Source: a virus (lineage: Duplodnaviria > Caudoviricetes). From it: a stretch of 39,788 bases of DNA. This document shows, in pieces, positions 9,216-19,098 of the stretch (within the stretch, counting starts at the first letter, position 1; each line of letters opens with the position of its first letter). The notes under the pieces were generated by a model that saw only the letters and a program-made list of their open reading frames with translations, had not been told where the DNA came from and did not search any database. A program made the translations under genes and the position numbers. The stretch covers positions 1 through 39,788 of the IMG/VR virus record IMGVR_UViG_3300016484_000793; one strand, 5' to 3'.

Positions 9216-11195
9216 ATGGCAGTTAGAGCGGCAAGAGATAGCTATTGGTGGTCAAGCCCTGACGTTCGCGATCTTGTAACTGAGCTGACTCCTAAGGATG
9301 ATCAGGCCTGGAGCCGGTCGGGCATGCTCCAAACGGCTTACCGCAATAGCTACATCTATTTCGCCAACATCATCGAAGCCAATGACTGGCTTTCGGGCCT
9401 TGTTTTCACGGGAAGTCAGGGAGAATTAATCCGCATGCTCATCCCGAAGGCCCGCTCTCTCGTCCGCCAGCTCATTATGCTTCAGACGAAAGAACGCCTT
9501 GTCTTCAATCCTATCTGCGACACGACAAAGCAGGAAACGCTTGAAGCGGCGCGGCTTGGAAAGGCTGTTTGCCGCTCCATCGTCCGGACCCAGCGCCTAA
9601 ACTCGGTCGTCGCCCAGGCCTATGAAAACCATTACCTGACTGGTCTTGGCTTTCTCTATTCCATCTGGCGAACTGATCGCGGCCAGCCCTTCGGATACGA
9701 TGAAAACGGCGTCATGCATTACACAGGCGACATCGAGATCACCGCGCCAACGATCTGGGATCTGAAGTTTGACGGGAAGATTGATAACCCTAAAGCCTGG
9801 AACTGGGTTAGGGTTCGCCAGAAGCATAACCGCTGGGATCTCATCGCGCAGTTCCCTCATATTCGCGATCAGCTGATGGCTTTGCCTTCTGTAAACCAAG
9901 GCGGGCGGCTCCTTACGGGCTATGACTCCATCGCGTCCGACAACGACCTGGTGTATGTCTATGCCGCCTATCACAAGGTCACGCCTTCGATGCCCGAAGG
10001 CCGCATGGTGGTTTTCGGTGATCGTGAAACGATCATGGTCGATATGGCAAACCCTTATAAGAAGCTTCCGCTCTTTGTTTGCCGGAACGAGGCAATTCCA
10101 AATTCCAGCTATGGCTATCCCTTCTTTAGTCAGCTCGTGCCTTTGCAGGAAATGTATGACTCGACGATGTCATCCATTGCGACCTCCATCGATGCATTTG
10201 GGGTCCAATCCGTTGCGGCTCCAGCAGGCACGAACATCAATCCCATGAACATCTTCGGGATGAACTGGTACGAGTATGACCCGATGCCTGGTATCCCGGG
10301 AGGAGGGAAACCAGAGCCTTTAAACTTCACGAATATTTCGGAGCATTCCTACAAGTTCAAGGACTTGATCGACAAAGACCTGATGGAGATTTCTAACATC
10401 GTCTCTGCGATGCGCGGAAATCCTCCCGAAGGCGTGACATCCGGTACGGCTTTCGCGACCCTGACAGCAACGGCTTTGGAGACGATCCATGCAACGGGTA
10501 TCGACGGCAGGGACATGACCCGGGATGCCGTGATGCAGGGGATCGACAACTACAAGATCTTTGGCTCTGCGGAGCGCTCTGTGCCCATGGGTGCTGGCCG
10601 TGGAAGCTATTCCAGGACCTTTACGGGCCAGGATCTGGATCCCATCAAAGAGCTGGAGCTCACCGAAGTCAATCCGCTCATGCAGACGATCAGCGGACGT
10701 GAAAGCGTTGCCGATAAGCTGGTCGCCATGGGCATCGTGAAAGACCAGAAGGCTTATTTCGCGGTTCTCGAAGGCGCACCGCCTGAGATCCTTTACGAGC
10801 TTGAACTCTCGCAGGAAGATCTTGTCCGCGTAGAGAATGAGCTGATGCTCAACGGCGAAGGCGCTGTCGTGATCGCGACCGATGACGATGCATACCACGT
10901 CATGATGCACACAATTCAGATGAATTCTATGCGCGTGCGAAATGACCCGCTCTTGCTTAAACTGCATACAGATCACATCGCGCAGCATCTGGAATCAGCA
11001 AGGGTCAAAGATCCAATTCTGATGGCCATGATTAAGACGGGGATGATGCCGCAGCTTCCTCCCCCAGGCGAGATGGGTCCGGGAGGAGAAGATGGCTCTG
11101 GAGTGAATTCAGGGCCCTCAAATCAGCAAGCAGGAAAAACATCGAAGCCAGCACAACCACAAAAAGACCCGGTTAGGGGAGTGAGGCCTGCGTAA
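9216..11195 (+). CDS. Portal (head-tail connector) protein
   Basis: 659 aa; podovirus-portal-like layout (G.QGEL, TGDIEI..PTIWD, LVPLQEMYD, His-rich helix and P/G-rich tail). Confidence 0.75.
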   Translation: MAVRAARDSYWWSSPDVRDLVTELTPKDDQAWSRSGMLQTAYRNSYIYFANIIEANDWLSGLVFTGSQGELIRMLIPKARSLVRQLIMLQTKERLVFNPICDTTKQETLEAARLGKAVCRSIVRTQRLNSVVAQAYENHYLTGLGFLYSIWRTDRGQPFGYDENGVMHYTGDIEITAPTIWDLKFDGKIDNPKAWNWVRVRQKHNRWDLIAQFPHIRDQLMALPSVNQGGRLLTGYDSIASDNDLVYVYAAYHKVTPSMPEGRMVVFGDRETIMVDMANPYKKLPLFVCRNEAIPNSSYGYPFFSQLVPLQEMYDSTMSSIATSIDAFGVQSVAAPAGTNINPMNIFGMNWYEYDPMPGIPGGGKPEPLNFTNISEHSYKFKDLIDKDLMEISNIVSAMRGNPPEGVTSGTAFATLTATALETIHATGIDGRDMTRDAVMQGIDNYKIFGSAERSVPMGAGRGSYSRTFTGQDLDPIKELELTEVNPLMQTISGRESVADKLVAMGIVKDQKAYFAVLEGAPPEILYELELSQEDLVRVENELMLNGEGAVVIATDDDAYHVMMHTIQMNSMRVRNDPLLLKLHTDHIAQHLESARVKDPILMAMIKTGMMPQLPPPGEMGPGGEDGSGVNSGPSNQQAGKTSKPAQPQKDPVRGVRPA

Positions 11196-12757
11196 TGGCA
11201 TATTTATTCGGTGAGCCGGAAGATGAGCAGCAGAAGACCAATATTTTCGGGGAAGGCCAGACTGTGGCGGCTCCCAACGCCCAGCAACCCGAAGCAATAC
11301 TCTCGAGTTCTGCGTCATATGGATCAGGAGGAGCAAGCGGCGGGGGAGCGGGATCCGCAGCGGGCGCGAGCGGAAACGGAGGGACCGCTGCGCAGGTCCC
11401 CAGTGCGGTTCCCCAGTCTATGCCCGGGACGATCAATCCATCGGTCAAGGCCCAGAAGGTCCAGTCGCTTGCCAGAAGGCAGGCGGCTCCAGATCTCTCC
11501 AGCTATTCCCAGAATCTTTCGTCGCAGGAAAAAAAGCTTCAGGACGAAGCCAATTCCTACACAGCGGGCGCGTATCAGAATGCTGAGAAGCAGAATTTCG
11601 ATCAAGGCCAGGCTGATAAAGCGATCGGCGGGGACATCGATGCCTATAAAGCCCTTTCCGGCAAGCTTTCCAAGACGAAGGCCGACCAGGTCGAAGCCTT
11701 CAAAGGCCTTGGCACGGTGGACGCCGGAACCGAAGTCCTCCAGGATCCGCGCTCCCAAGCATCCCTGATGCGCGGCTCAAACGCCGGCTATACGGGCGGC
11801 CAGCAAGCATTCGATGCGATGCTTCTCGGTCGCAACAAGGCTTTCCAGGCAGATGCCAAAGGCTTGGTGGACAGGCAAGCAGCTCTTCAGAAGGCGAGCG
11901 ACACCGAGGCAATCGATCGAACGAAAGCCGCGCAGGATCTCCAGCAGAGCTATCTCGATATCGGAAACGCTCAGACCAGGCAGTACCTGCAGAACTCCAA
12001 TCGTGACCTGCAGGCTGACCTCATGATTAGGGAAGCCCAGGAAGAGGCGAAGCGAGCGGATTTGAACGCATCCAACATCACTGGCGCTATGGCTCCTGAA
12101 CTTATTGCGCAGATCCAGAAAGACTTTGCTTCTGCGGCTCCTGGCTCCATCCAGGCCAGATCCATGGGAATGCTAAACCCAGCGCAGGATCTATCCGGGT
12201 ATCTGAACATCGACCGCGATGTCGATTGGCGCGAACTCGTTACGCAGGACGAAGCTGACCGTTTTAACCGGGTTATGGGTCTTATTGGCGATGGCGGCCA
12301 AAGCTGGGCTGCAGGCGCTGGCGCGGGGAATCCTTATAGCTTCGATCGTGCCGCAGCGATGGATTCTCTCCTTGGTGATGCCGTTACAAGGCGCACGGCT
12401 CAAGACGTTGAAGATCAAAAGGCTGCAGAAATCGCAGCTGCAAATGGCGGTCTTCAGCAGCAAATCCAGGCCTATGAAGCCGCGAAGAAAAACAGCCCGC
12501 GTGATTTCCTTTACGATCGCGTGAAGGAAGCGTCTGTGATGCCCTTTGAAGGACCGCGCCGGATCAACGAAACGGTTCTGGATCAGATTCCGAACAACAT
12601 CGAAGGCCGCATGGCCCCTATCATTGACCCTGTGCAGGAAGCAATCCAGCAGGCCGAGGATTACGCGCAGAAGATGGCCGGCAGGGCCGTTGATGAATCG
12701 AAGGAACTCCAAGGGCGTCTTTTGCCGCGTGGCATTCGTAAATCATTAAAATTGTGA
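11195..12757 (+). CDS. Putative internal virion / DNA ejection protein
   Basis: A/Q/G-rich, helical, Cys-free; translationally coupled to the portal gene. Confidence 0.55.
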   Translation: MAYLFGEPEDEQQKTNIFGEGQTVAAPNAQQPEAILSSSASYGSGGASGGGAGSAAGASGNGGTAAQVPSAVPQSMPGTINPSVKAQKVQSLARRQAAPDLSSYSQNLSSQEKKLQDEANSYTAGAYQNAEKQNFDQGQADKAIGGDIDAYKALSGKLSKTKADQVEAFKGLGTVDAGTEVLQDPRSQASLMRGSNAGYTGGQQAFDAMLLGRNKAFQADAKGLVDRQAALQKASDTEAIDRTKAAQDLQQSYLDIGNAQTRQYLQNSNRDLQADLMIREAQEEAKRADLNASNITGAMAPELIAQIQKDFASAAPGSIQARSMGMLNPAQDLSGYLNIDRDVDWRELVTQDEADRFNRVMGLIGDGGQSWAAGAGAGNPYSFDRAAAMDSLLGDAVTRRTAQDVEDQKAAEIAAANGGLQQQIQAYEAAKKNSPRDFLYDRVKEASVMPFEGPRRINETVLDQIPNNIEGRMAPIIDPVQEAIQQAEDYAQKMAGRAVDESKELQGRLLPRGIRKSLKL

Positions 12758-12766
12758 GGAAGTGAC

Positions 12767-13915
12767 ATGGTAGCGCCAGCAGTAGCAATCGCAGCGGTCG
12801 CCGCAGCAACGGCCATAGCACAAGCCTGGCAGTCGGAGCGTGCACGCGGCCAGAACGCAAAAGAGATGGAGCGCCTTCGGAAGGCCTTTGATTCCATCGT
12901 TCCTCCAGAGTATGGGCTGTCGGTCTCCGATGGCTCTGGAAGGCTTCAGCATACTATCCCGCAGCTGAATCTCGACTTCAGCTCCATCACTCCCGAAGCC
13001 TACCAGGTCATCGGAAATTACGCTCCGCAGGTCGCTCCGCTGATCCGCGAGCAAGCTCCCCAGCTCGTGACCGGGAACGCTGCGAGCCAGGAGGGACGCC
13101 AGGGACAGCTAGACGCTTATCGACAGATGCTTTCAATGGCGCGCGGCACCGATCCGACTCTAAAGATCAAACTCGACGAAGCTGCGGCACGCTCGCAGCA
13201 GGAAGCCCAGCAACGTCAAGGCGCTGTCCTGGAAGATGCACAGAGGCGCGGACAGTACGGCTCCGGTCTCCAGTTCCTCGCTCAACTCCAGGGCGCTGGG
13301 GATTCGATGTCGCGCGGTGCGCAATCGGGCCGTGATGCAGCGCTCGCTGCGTATCAGTCGAAACTCAATGCCATCAGGGATTCTGGGTCGATGGGCCGGG
13401 AGCTTGCAAATGACGAGTATTCCATCCAGGCTCAGAACGCTGCGATTATTAACGCATTCAATCAGCGGACAAGCGCTGCGGCTCAGGCCCAGATGAACTT
13501 GCAAAACCAGATCATGAACCAGGGACAGCAGTATAACCTCGATCGCGGCCAGGACGTTGCAAACAGGAACACCGCGTCCCGCAACGATGCCCAGCGCTAT
13601 AACCTCGAAAATAAAAACCGCCTGGCGACTCAGGCCTATAACAGCCAGATTGACGAAAGGCAGTACCAGAATAACCTTAAGCAGATGGCCTATAACGACC
13701 GTCTGAATCTTGAGCGATCGAAGCACGGTTTGTCTACGCAGCAGATCCAGATGAACAATCAGAACGCTGCGGATCGAAATCAAGCATGGCAGGGGCTCGG
13801 AAATGCTGCTGCTGGCTATTATCAGCAGCAGTATGCGGATGAGCGGTGGAAGGAAGAGCAAGACCGCGAAGATGCTCGACTCGATAAATGGATTGCTGCA
13901 CGGCAAGGAGCCTGA
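12767..13915 (+). CDS. Putative DNA ejection (pilot) protein
   Basis: Hydrophobic Ala-rich N-terminus, Q/N/A-rich coiled coil, GLGNAAAG near the end. Confidence 0.65.
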   Translation: MVAPAVAIAAVAAATAIAQAWQSERARGQNAKEMERLRKAFDSIVPPEYGLSVSDGSGRLQHTIPQLNLDFSSITPEAYQVIGNYAPQVAPLIREQAPQLVTGNAASQEGRQGQLDAYRQMLSMARGTDPTLKIKLDEAAARSQQEAQQRQGAVLEDAQRRGQYGSGLQFLAQLQGAGDSMSRGAQSGRDAALAAYQSKLNAIRDSGSMGRELANDEYSIQAQNAAIINAFNQRTSAAAQAQMNLQNQIMNQGQQYNLDRGQDVANRNTASRNDAQRYNLENKNRLATQAYNSQIDERQYQNNLKQMAYNDRLNLERSKHGLSTQQIQMNNQNAADRNQAWQGLGNAAAGYYQQQYADERWKEEQDREDARLDKWIAARQGA

Positions 13916-13918
13916 CTT

Positions 13919-15508
13919 ATGGGAATGCGATATCCGAATCAGATCCGAGATCCAGAGCGCGAAGAACGTCGTAAGCTCATTGAGCAGAAAATTCGCCAGG
14001 ATCGCCTAAGGCAGGATGAGAGGGACTTTGGCGGTCAGCAGCCCTACCAAGGTCAGAACTATGGTATCGGCGATGCTGCGATGGACATGGCAGGCGCTGT
14101 CGGTAGCGGGATCATGGAAGGTGGCTCATATCTTCTGGACAAGATCCTCCCGAGTCAACAGCCGCAGGCTCCCCAAGGCTGGCATCCTCCTATGGCGATG
14201 CCGCGTGACCCTGGAATGACGGTCGGTCATGCGAAGGCCTGGCCGCCAGCAACGCCTTCGAATCTTGGTCCGATGAATTTCCAGGATCCTTATGGAAGTG
14301 ATGACCCTGCTGGTCTTGACCCGTTCGATGTCGATCCTAATAGGCCTGAATTGAACGACAGCGATGTCGATATCTCGCCGATGGCTTACGATGACGAAGG
14401 CCTTGGCGATAGCCCTATGGCGCAAATGGACTTCGATCCGCGAGCAAATCAGCCAATGGCTCGCGCGCGCGGCATGTCTCCCAGCCAGATTCCTTATATG
14501 AACCTTCTCATGAAATCAGCCGCTCAAGCCGGAACGATTGGGAGCAAGGCCGCTGATACCAGCGGGTTTGACGAATACTCTGACAATCTCGTAAAGCAGG
14601 AAGATCAGAGGGAGAATCGTCGCAACGAAATAGAGAACTACATTCTTAAGGCGCGCGGCGCCGGGAAAGATCCCGCGTTTGAGCGCGAGAAGTTCGAGTA
14701 CCAGAAGACGAAGGATGACAAGGACCGCGAAGCTCGCGTCCAAGGTTACAACTCTCGGAACGATTACCAGAACGCTATGCTGGCTGCGACACTCGGAAAG
14801 AACGCGGACCAGGCCTATCTTGATCTTCAGAAGATTAACCAACAAGGTGAATTAGCCAGAGCTGATGACCGCATGAAGCGAGAGAGCATCGGAATCGACC
14901 GTGATCGCATGCGCGAATCAGAGCGCCACAACAAAGAAATGGAGAAAATCTCCTCGAAAAATGCAGAAACTGCTGCAGAGCGTGCGCGGAAGAATGGCGA
15001 GAACCTTGACCCATCGACGCGCGCTTACCTCACGGACCTTTCCAAACGCAACGCGCAGCGCATCGGCATCTTGAACGACATCAAGTCTTTCAAGCAGCAG
15101 TTCATTAACGCAAAATCGCCTCAGGAAAAATATAACGTGGGTCAGGCGATGCTCAAGACCATGAACTCTCTTCAAGGCCCTGATGCTCTGGGCGTTGATG
15201 AATCAAGGCGCATGGCGAGCGATCTTGAAAATGTCGATTTTGCCCGTCTCATGCGCGGGGAACGTCCCATTGGAATGAATGCGAACTCATTCCTAAAGTC
15301 GATCGACTCGCGAATCAACGCCATCGGTCAATCGATTCAAAGCTCTCAAGCTGAGATCGACAACATCACTGGCGGCGGTACTCCAGGTCAGACGACCAGG
15401 CAGCAAGGCGGCGGCTCAAAGCCGCGCGTGCAGTACAATCGGAAGACCAACCAGACTCGCTACATTTACCCTGATGGGCGCATTGAGGTGAAGAATGGCA
15501 CTCCGTAA
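13919..15508 (+). CDS. Putative DNA ejection protein
   Basis: Disordered P/D-rich N-half, coiled-coil C-half; position in the ejection cluster. Confidence 0.55.
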   Translation: MGMRYPNQIRDPEREERRKLIEQKIRQDRLRQDERDFGGQQPYQGQNYGIGDAAMDMAGAVGSGIMEGGSYLLDKILPSQQPQAPQGWHPPMAMPRDPGMTVGHAKAWPPATPSNLGPMNFQDPYGSDDPAGLDPFDVDPNRPELNDSDVDISPMAYDDEGLGDSPMAQMDFDPRANQPMARARGMSPSQIPYMNLLMKSAAQAGTIGSKAADTSGFDEYSDNLVKQEDQRENRRNEIENYILKARGAGKDPAFEREKFEYQKTKDDKDREARVQGYNSRNDYQNAMLAATLGKNADQAYLDLQKINQQGELARADDRMKRESIGIDRDRMRESERHNKEMEKISSKNAETAAERARKNGENLDPSTRAYLTDLSKRNAQRIGILNDIKSFKQQFINAKSPQEKYNVGQAMLKTMNSLQGPDALGVDESRRMASDLENVDFARLMRGERPIGMNANSFLKSIDSRINAIGQSIQSSQAEIDNITGGGTPGQTTRQQGGGSKPRVQYNRKTNQTRYIYPDGRIEVKNGTP

Positions 15509-17738
15509 CGACGAAGCTGACTGGGAAGATGTTGAAGATTCGGGCGACGATGGATGGGAAGACGTTGAGCCTGGTCAATCGATGGAAGAAATTCCCGAGC
15601 GACCTGGCGTCTTCCGGCAGATCGCGGACACGATCGGAAACTGGGATGGAGCCCGCTTCTCTGAAGGTCTCCAGCAGCCTGTTTCCTTTGGGGATGACAT
15701 CCCCATTTTCGGATCCGCGAAGAGATCTATCGGTAACGCATTCAACGCTGCGACCGAAGCTGACAGCTTTGAAGATTTCGGAAAGCGATACTGGCAGGCG
15801 CAAGATGCCGACCAGGTCCAAGATCAGGAATTCGCTCAGCGATACCCTGAAGCCGCTCTCACACGCGGTATTGCGAGCGGCTTTGCTTTTCCTGCTGGTC
15901 GCGCGGGCAACATGGTCAAGGGAACAGGCGTTGGTTCTGTCCTTGGTCGATACGGTGCGAATGTTGGCGAGAACGTTGCAGTCACGGCAATGGACACTGC
16001 GCTCCGCGGGGGTGATCCCTTGCGCGCAGCTCAGGATGCGGGCGAATTTTCGGCTGTTGTGCTTGGTGTGCCAACTGCGCTAAACCTAGCTGGGAGAGGA
16101 TATTCCCGCTTTGTTGCCGGTATCCCTGAAGAGACCCGGCAGAAGTATGTGCAGAATCGAGATCGCATCAACAACATCTCAGAAGAAACTGTCGTCGATG
16201 AGCTTGCCGGCGACATCGATAACGTCCGCGATCGGATCAGTCAGCGCGAGCAGTCCATCCATGGGAAGGCTGGCGAGTACCGCAAACATGCCGATGCCGA
16301 ATTCGCGGAACAAAAGGCCAACGCGGCTTCCACGGCCAAACAAAAGCAGGCTGAGATACGCCAATGGATCGCCCAGAAGCGCGCAAGCGACCAGGCGGGC
16401 GCGGATACAATTCGCCGCCAGGCTGCTGACCAGGCATTCGATACTATGAGCAAGGGTAAGGAACAAATCCAGAAGGGCTCTAAATTCGCCGCTCAGCAGA
16501 TTCCGGACGATCTGGAGATTCCTCTCAATCCCTACAAGAAGGGCCTGCGCAGGGCCATGAAGCAGGGCTCCATCAACGATGCCCCCGCGGAAGGACCCGG
16601 ATACTCGACAATCCAGAACTACCGCGACTTCCTCGGCAAGATGGGTGGTGAGTTTGTTGATAATGAGCAAGGAATTCCTGAATTCATTCCTCACGAGACG
16701 ATCTCTGGCGGCGACATCAAGCGACTCATCCAGAAGATCGACCGCGATCTTGAGTCATATTACGCCAACCCGCAGGGCTTCGCGGATCCGGGTGCGAAGG
16801 CCCTAGTTCGCATGCGGCAAGGCCTTGACCGCTCCCTTAAGCGCCAGAGTCCTGACTACCGAAACGCCATGGTTCCGGTCGCGAAGCAGTCGCGCGCACG
16901 ATCGAATTTCCAGGATCAATTCGGAAGCGATGCGGATTCCATCTACAGGCGCATGAACGACCTGGATGATGTCGGCGTGAAGGATCGCGCTCAGGCCCTC
17001 AGTGACTTCGACGATGCCTTTGGTAGCAAGACTTCCAAGACCCTGGAGACTTCCCGCGAATTGCCCTCCAAAAATTATGAAGGAATGCAGCGATTCCTGA
17101 ATGAGGGGGTCGCGGGCGAGGAAGCCTTCGCAAGATCCAAGGCGCAGCGGAAGTATGACGCGCGAAAGCAGAACGCGCAGCAGTACACCGACTCTCAAAT
17201 GGAGAAGGTGAACGCAGAAAAGAAAAAGTTCGCAGGCCTTGGCGCTGATGATGTTCAATCGAAGATTCGCCGCGTTGGTGGAAATCCAAAGGCGAACATC
17301 ATGGCCAAGCGGAAGATCGAAGCCGTTGCAAAAGCGAGCGGAAAGGATCCAGGCTATTACACACAAGCCGCCGATGACCTGGCCGTGCAGCGGGCGATGG
17401 AAGGAACATTTGTCCGCGGATCGCGCAACGTCAACATGATGCGAAGCTCCCTGTCAGGACTCGTGAAAGCCTTGACTGGTAGCGATTCCGCTTCGGCAAC
17501 CGCTGACAGCTTTGGATCGATCATCGGCGGCATTTCCGATATCGCTGGTCCCAAGCTTGTCAAATTTACGATTGATGCAGGTGAATGGCTCCCGAAAGGA
17601 GTCAAGAACACGCTTGCGGAATCTCTGAAGCGCGGTGCGCAGGCCTACGTCATCACTCACGAGATGTTGATGCGGAAGGATCCTGCGTACCGCAAGGCTT
17701 ACGAGTATTGGGAATCGCAGGAAGGCGATGATGAGTAG
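15495..17738 (+). CDS. Putative large DNA ejection protein
   Basis: Repeated (D/G)WEDVE N-terminus, G/A-rich membrane-interacting stretches; last gene of the virion module. Confidence 0.6.
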   Translation: MALRNDEADWEDVEDSGDDGWEDVEPGQSMEEIPERPGVFRQIADTIGNWDGARFSEGLQQPVSFGDDIPIFGSAKRSIGNAFNAATEADSFEDFGKRYWQAQDADQVQDQEFAQRYPEAALTRGIASGFAFPAGRAGNMVKGTGVGSVLGRYGANVGENVAVTAMDTALRGGDPLRAAQDAGEFSAVVLGVPTALNLAGRGYSRFVAGIPEETRQKYVQNRDRINNISEETVVDELAGDIDNVRDRISQREQSIHGKAGEYRKHADAEFAEQKANAASTAKQKQAEIRQWIAQKRASDQAGADTIRRQAADQAFDTMSKGKEQIQKGSKFAAQQIPDDLEIPLNPYKKGLRRAMKQGSINDAPAEGPGYSTIQNYRDFLGKMGGEFVDNEQGIPEFIPHETISGGDIKRLIQKIDRDLESYYANPQGFADPGAKALVRMRQGLDRSLKRQSPDYRNAMVPVAKQSRARSNFQDQFGSDADSIYRRMNDLDDVGVKDRAQALSDFDDAFGSKTSKTLETSRELPSKNYEGMQRFLNEGVAGEEAFARSKAQRKYDARKQNAQQYTDSQMEKVNAEKKKFAGLGADDVQSKIRRVGGNPKANIMAKRKIEAVAKASGKDPGYYTQAADDLAVQRAMEGTFVRGSRNVNMMRSSLSGLVKALTGSDSASATADSFGSIIGGISDIAGPKLVKFTIDAGEWLPKGVKNTLAESLKRGAQAYVITHEMLMRKDPAYRKAYEYWESQEGDDE

Positions 17739-17742
17739 CGGA

Positions 17743-18204
17743 TCATAAATAGGGAAATAGAACCTGCTCAAAGTTCTTTATTTCCGGCATGAAGCACTCT
17801 ATGCAATCCAGTTTCTCACAACCTTTTCGGCAGTTTGTCAGATTATCGTAACTGCATTTGAAGATCTTCTCGGTTACTTTTTCGAGACTGCAAGACAGAC
17901 CGTTCTTCACCGTCCGCTCAAGCTCGCTCATTTTCATCGAATACGTTAGCGTAGATTCGGGAAGTTGAGCGAGAGCACTCTCCCTTGTAGACGCTGAGCC
18001 ACGCTTGAAAGAAAGGGTGACGGAAACATCAAGGTCCGCTGGAGCGGCTTCTTTCTCCTTGTTCTGATAGAAATCATTCGGCGTAGCTTCCATTTTTTGT
18101 GGCTCAGAGATGTTTGAAGGAACAGGAGCAGCAGCCTGTTCGTTACTCTGTTTACGATTGCATCCGACCGCCAAAAAGCACAAGAAAATCACCAGATCGC
18201 GCAT
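17743..18204 (-). CDS. Lipoprotein moron (possible superinfection exclusion or host-surface factor)
   Basis: Lipobox LAVG-C15; SD AGGAGG; six further Cys in the C-terminal domain; AT-richer than its neighbours. Confidence 0.75.
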   Translation of the reverse strand: MRDLVIFLCFLAVGCNRKQSNEQAAAPVPSNISEPQKMEATPNDFYQNKEKEAAPADLDVSVTLSFKRGSASTRESALAQLPESTLTYSMKMSELERTVKNGLSCSLEKVTEKIFKCSYDNLTNCRKGCEKLDCIECFMPEIKNFEQVLFPYL

Positions 18205-18234
18205 CCCGAAAACCCTCCTACGCCTAGGCTAGAC

Positions 18235-18261
18235 GTATCGGCAATTCTCTGATGTTCTTTA
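18235..18261 (-). promoter_or_regulatory. Sigma28 (FliA)-type promoter for the lipoprotein gene
   Basis: Minus strand TAAA-gaacatcagagaatt(15)-GCCGATAC versus consensus TAAA-N15-GCCGATAA. Confidence 0.7.
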
Positions 18262-18317
18262 GGAATTTTTGATTTATTGTTAACGGCTTGTTCACATACT
18301 GAGTAAGATGGAAGTTC

Positions 18318-18357
18318 AAAACCCAGCCCTCGGGGAGAGGAGCTGGGTTCCTTTCTC
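18318..18357 (-). terminator. Intrinsic terminator of the early operon (possibly bidirectional)
   Basis: AACCCAGC-CCTC..GAGG-A-GCTGGGTT stem; TTTT follows on the minus strand and CCTTTCT on the plus strand. Confidence 0.7.
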
Positions 18358-18381
18358 GATCGCGGTACTCTGAATACCGGA

Positions 18382-19098
18382 TCAATATCCTGCTTGAATA
18401 CCTGCTGTCAGCCTGACCAAAACCCTTGCTAGAAAGAGCTTCAGCTTCTGCTTTTCGGGGAGCATCCCGTAAGTAACCATGTCCGGATGCTCGCGGTCTT
18501 CATGATTCACGATCGGCCCGAAGCGATAGCCTGCGGCCAGACGAGCTGCAAAGAGCTTGTCATGAATGTGCATCGCGTAGACCTTATCCTGCTCAGGCGG
18601 TGCTGACAGCGTGTTCCGGACGAAGTGAATCTCTTGATTCAGCTCAGTCTTAGCCTGCTCCGAAACAGTGTCCCAGGTCGTCTGAACTTCTTCGCCGACC
18701 ATGCGCATGTAGGCCGTCTTCACTTCATATATGAATTTCGCCAGGCGGTCGTCCGTTACCAGTTCCTTGAAAGCCTTCTGCTGCTGCTCATGGAACTCCT
18801 CGGTATGCTCGCCCTTGTCCTTCGCCTCATCGACGGTTTGAAGGTCCATCGTGTTCGGGACGACGATTTCCTTTTCCGCACCACAGTGCGTACAGAGATC
18901 ATCAACCCAATTGTGCTTTGGCCCCTCCTGGGATCTGGGAGCTTTCGGGCACGGGCTCATCTCCCAGGCAACTGTCTTCTCTTCCCCGCAGCGCACGCAC
19001 ACATGGGTTTTGCCCTCGCATTGCTCTGGGGGAAGGGCGTGCTTTTCCCAATCGTGCTGGCCGTCAACGGACTCGGCGCAGAGTTTGATGTCAGTCAT
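18382..19098 (-). CDS. Zn-finger + RyR-repeat-like domain protein
   Basis: N-terminal HDW..CxxC / HNW..CxxC; C-terminal H......AAGYRFGP....REHPDMVTY..LPEKQKLK matches the phage RyR-domain pattern. Confidence 0.65.
   Translation of the reverse strand: MTDIKLCAESVDGQHDWEKHALPPEQCEGKTHVCVRCGEEKTVAWEMSPCPKAPRSQEGPKHNWVDDLCTHCGAEKEIVVPNTMDLQTVDEAKDKGEHTEEFHEQQQKAFKELVTDDRLAKFIYEVKTAYMRMVGEEVQTTWDTVSEQAKTELNQEIHFVRNTLSAPPEQDKVYAMHIHDKLFAARLAAGYRFGPIVNHEDREHPDMVTYGMLPEKQKLKLFLARVLVRLTAGIQAGY

Noticed and set aside
13160-13906. 248-aa hydrophobic minus-strand ORF
   Set aside because: Mirror of the Q/N-rich ejection gene (CAG/AAC codons read as Leu/Val on the other strand)
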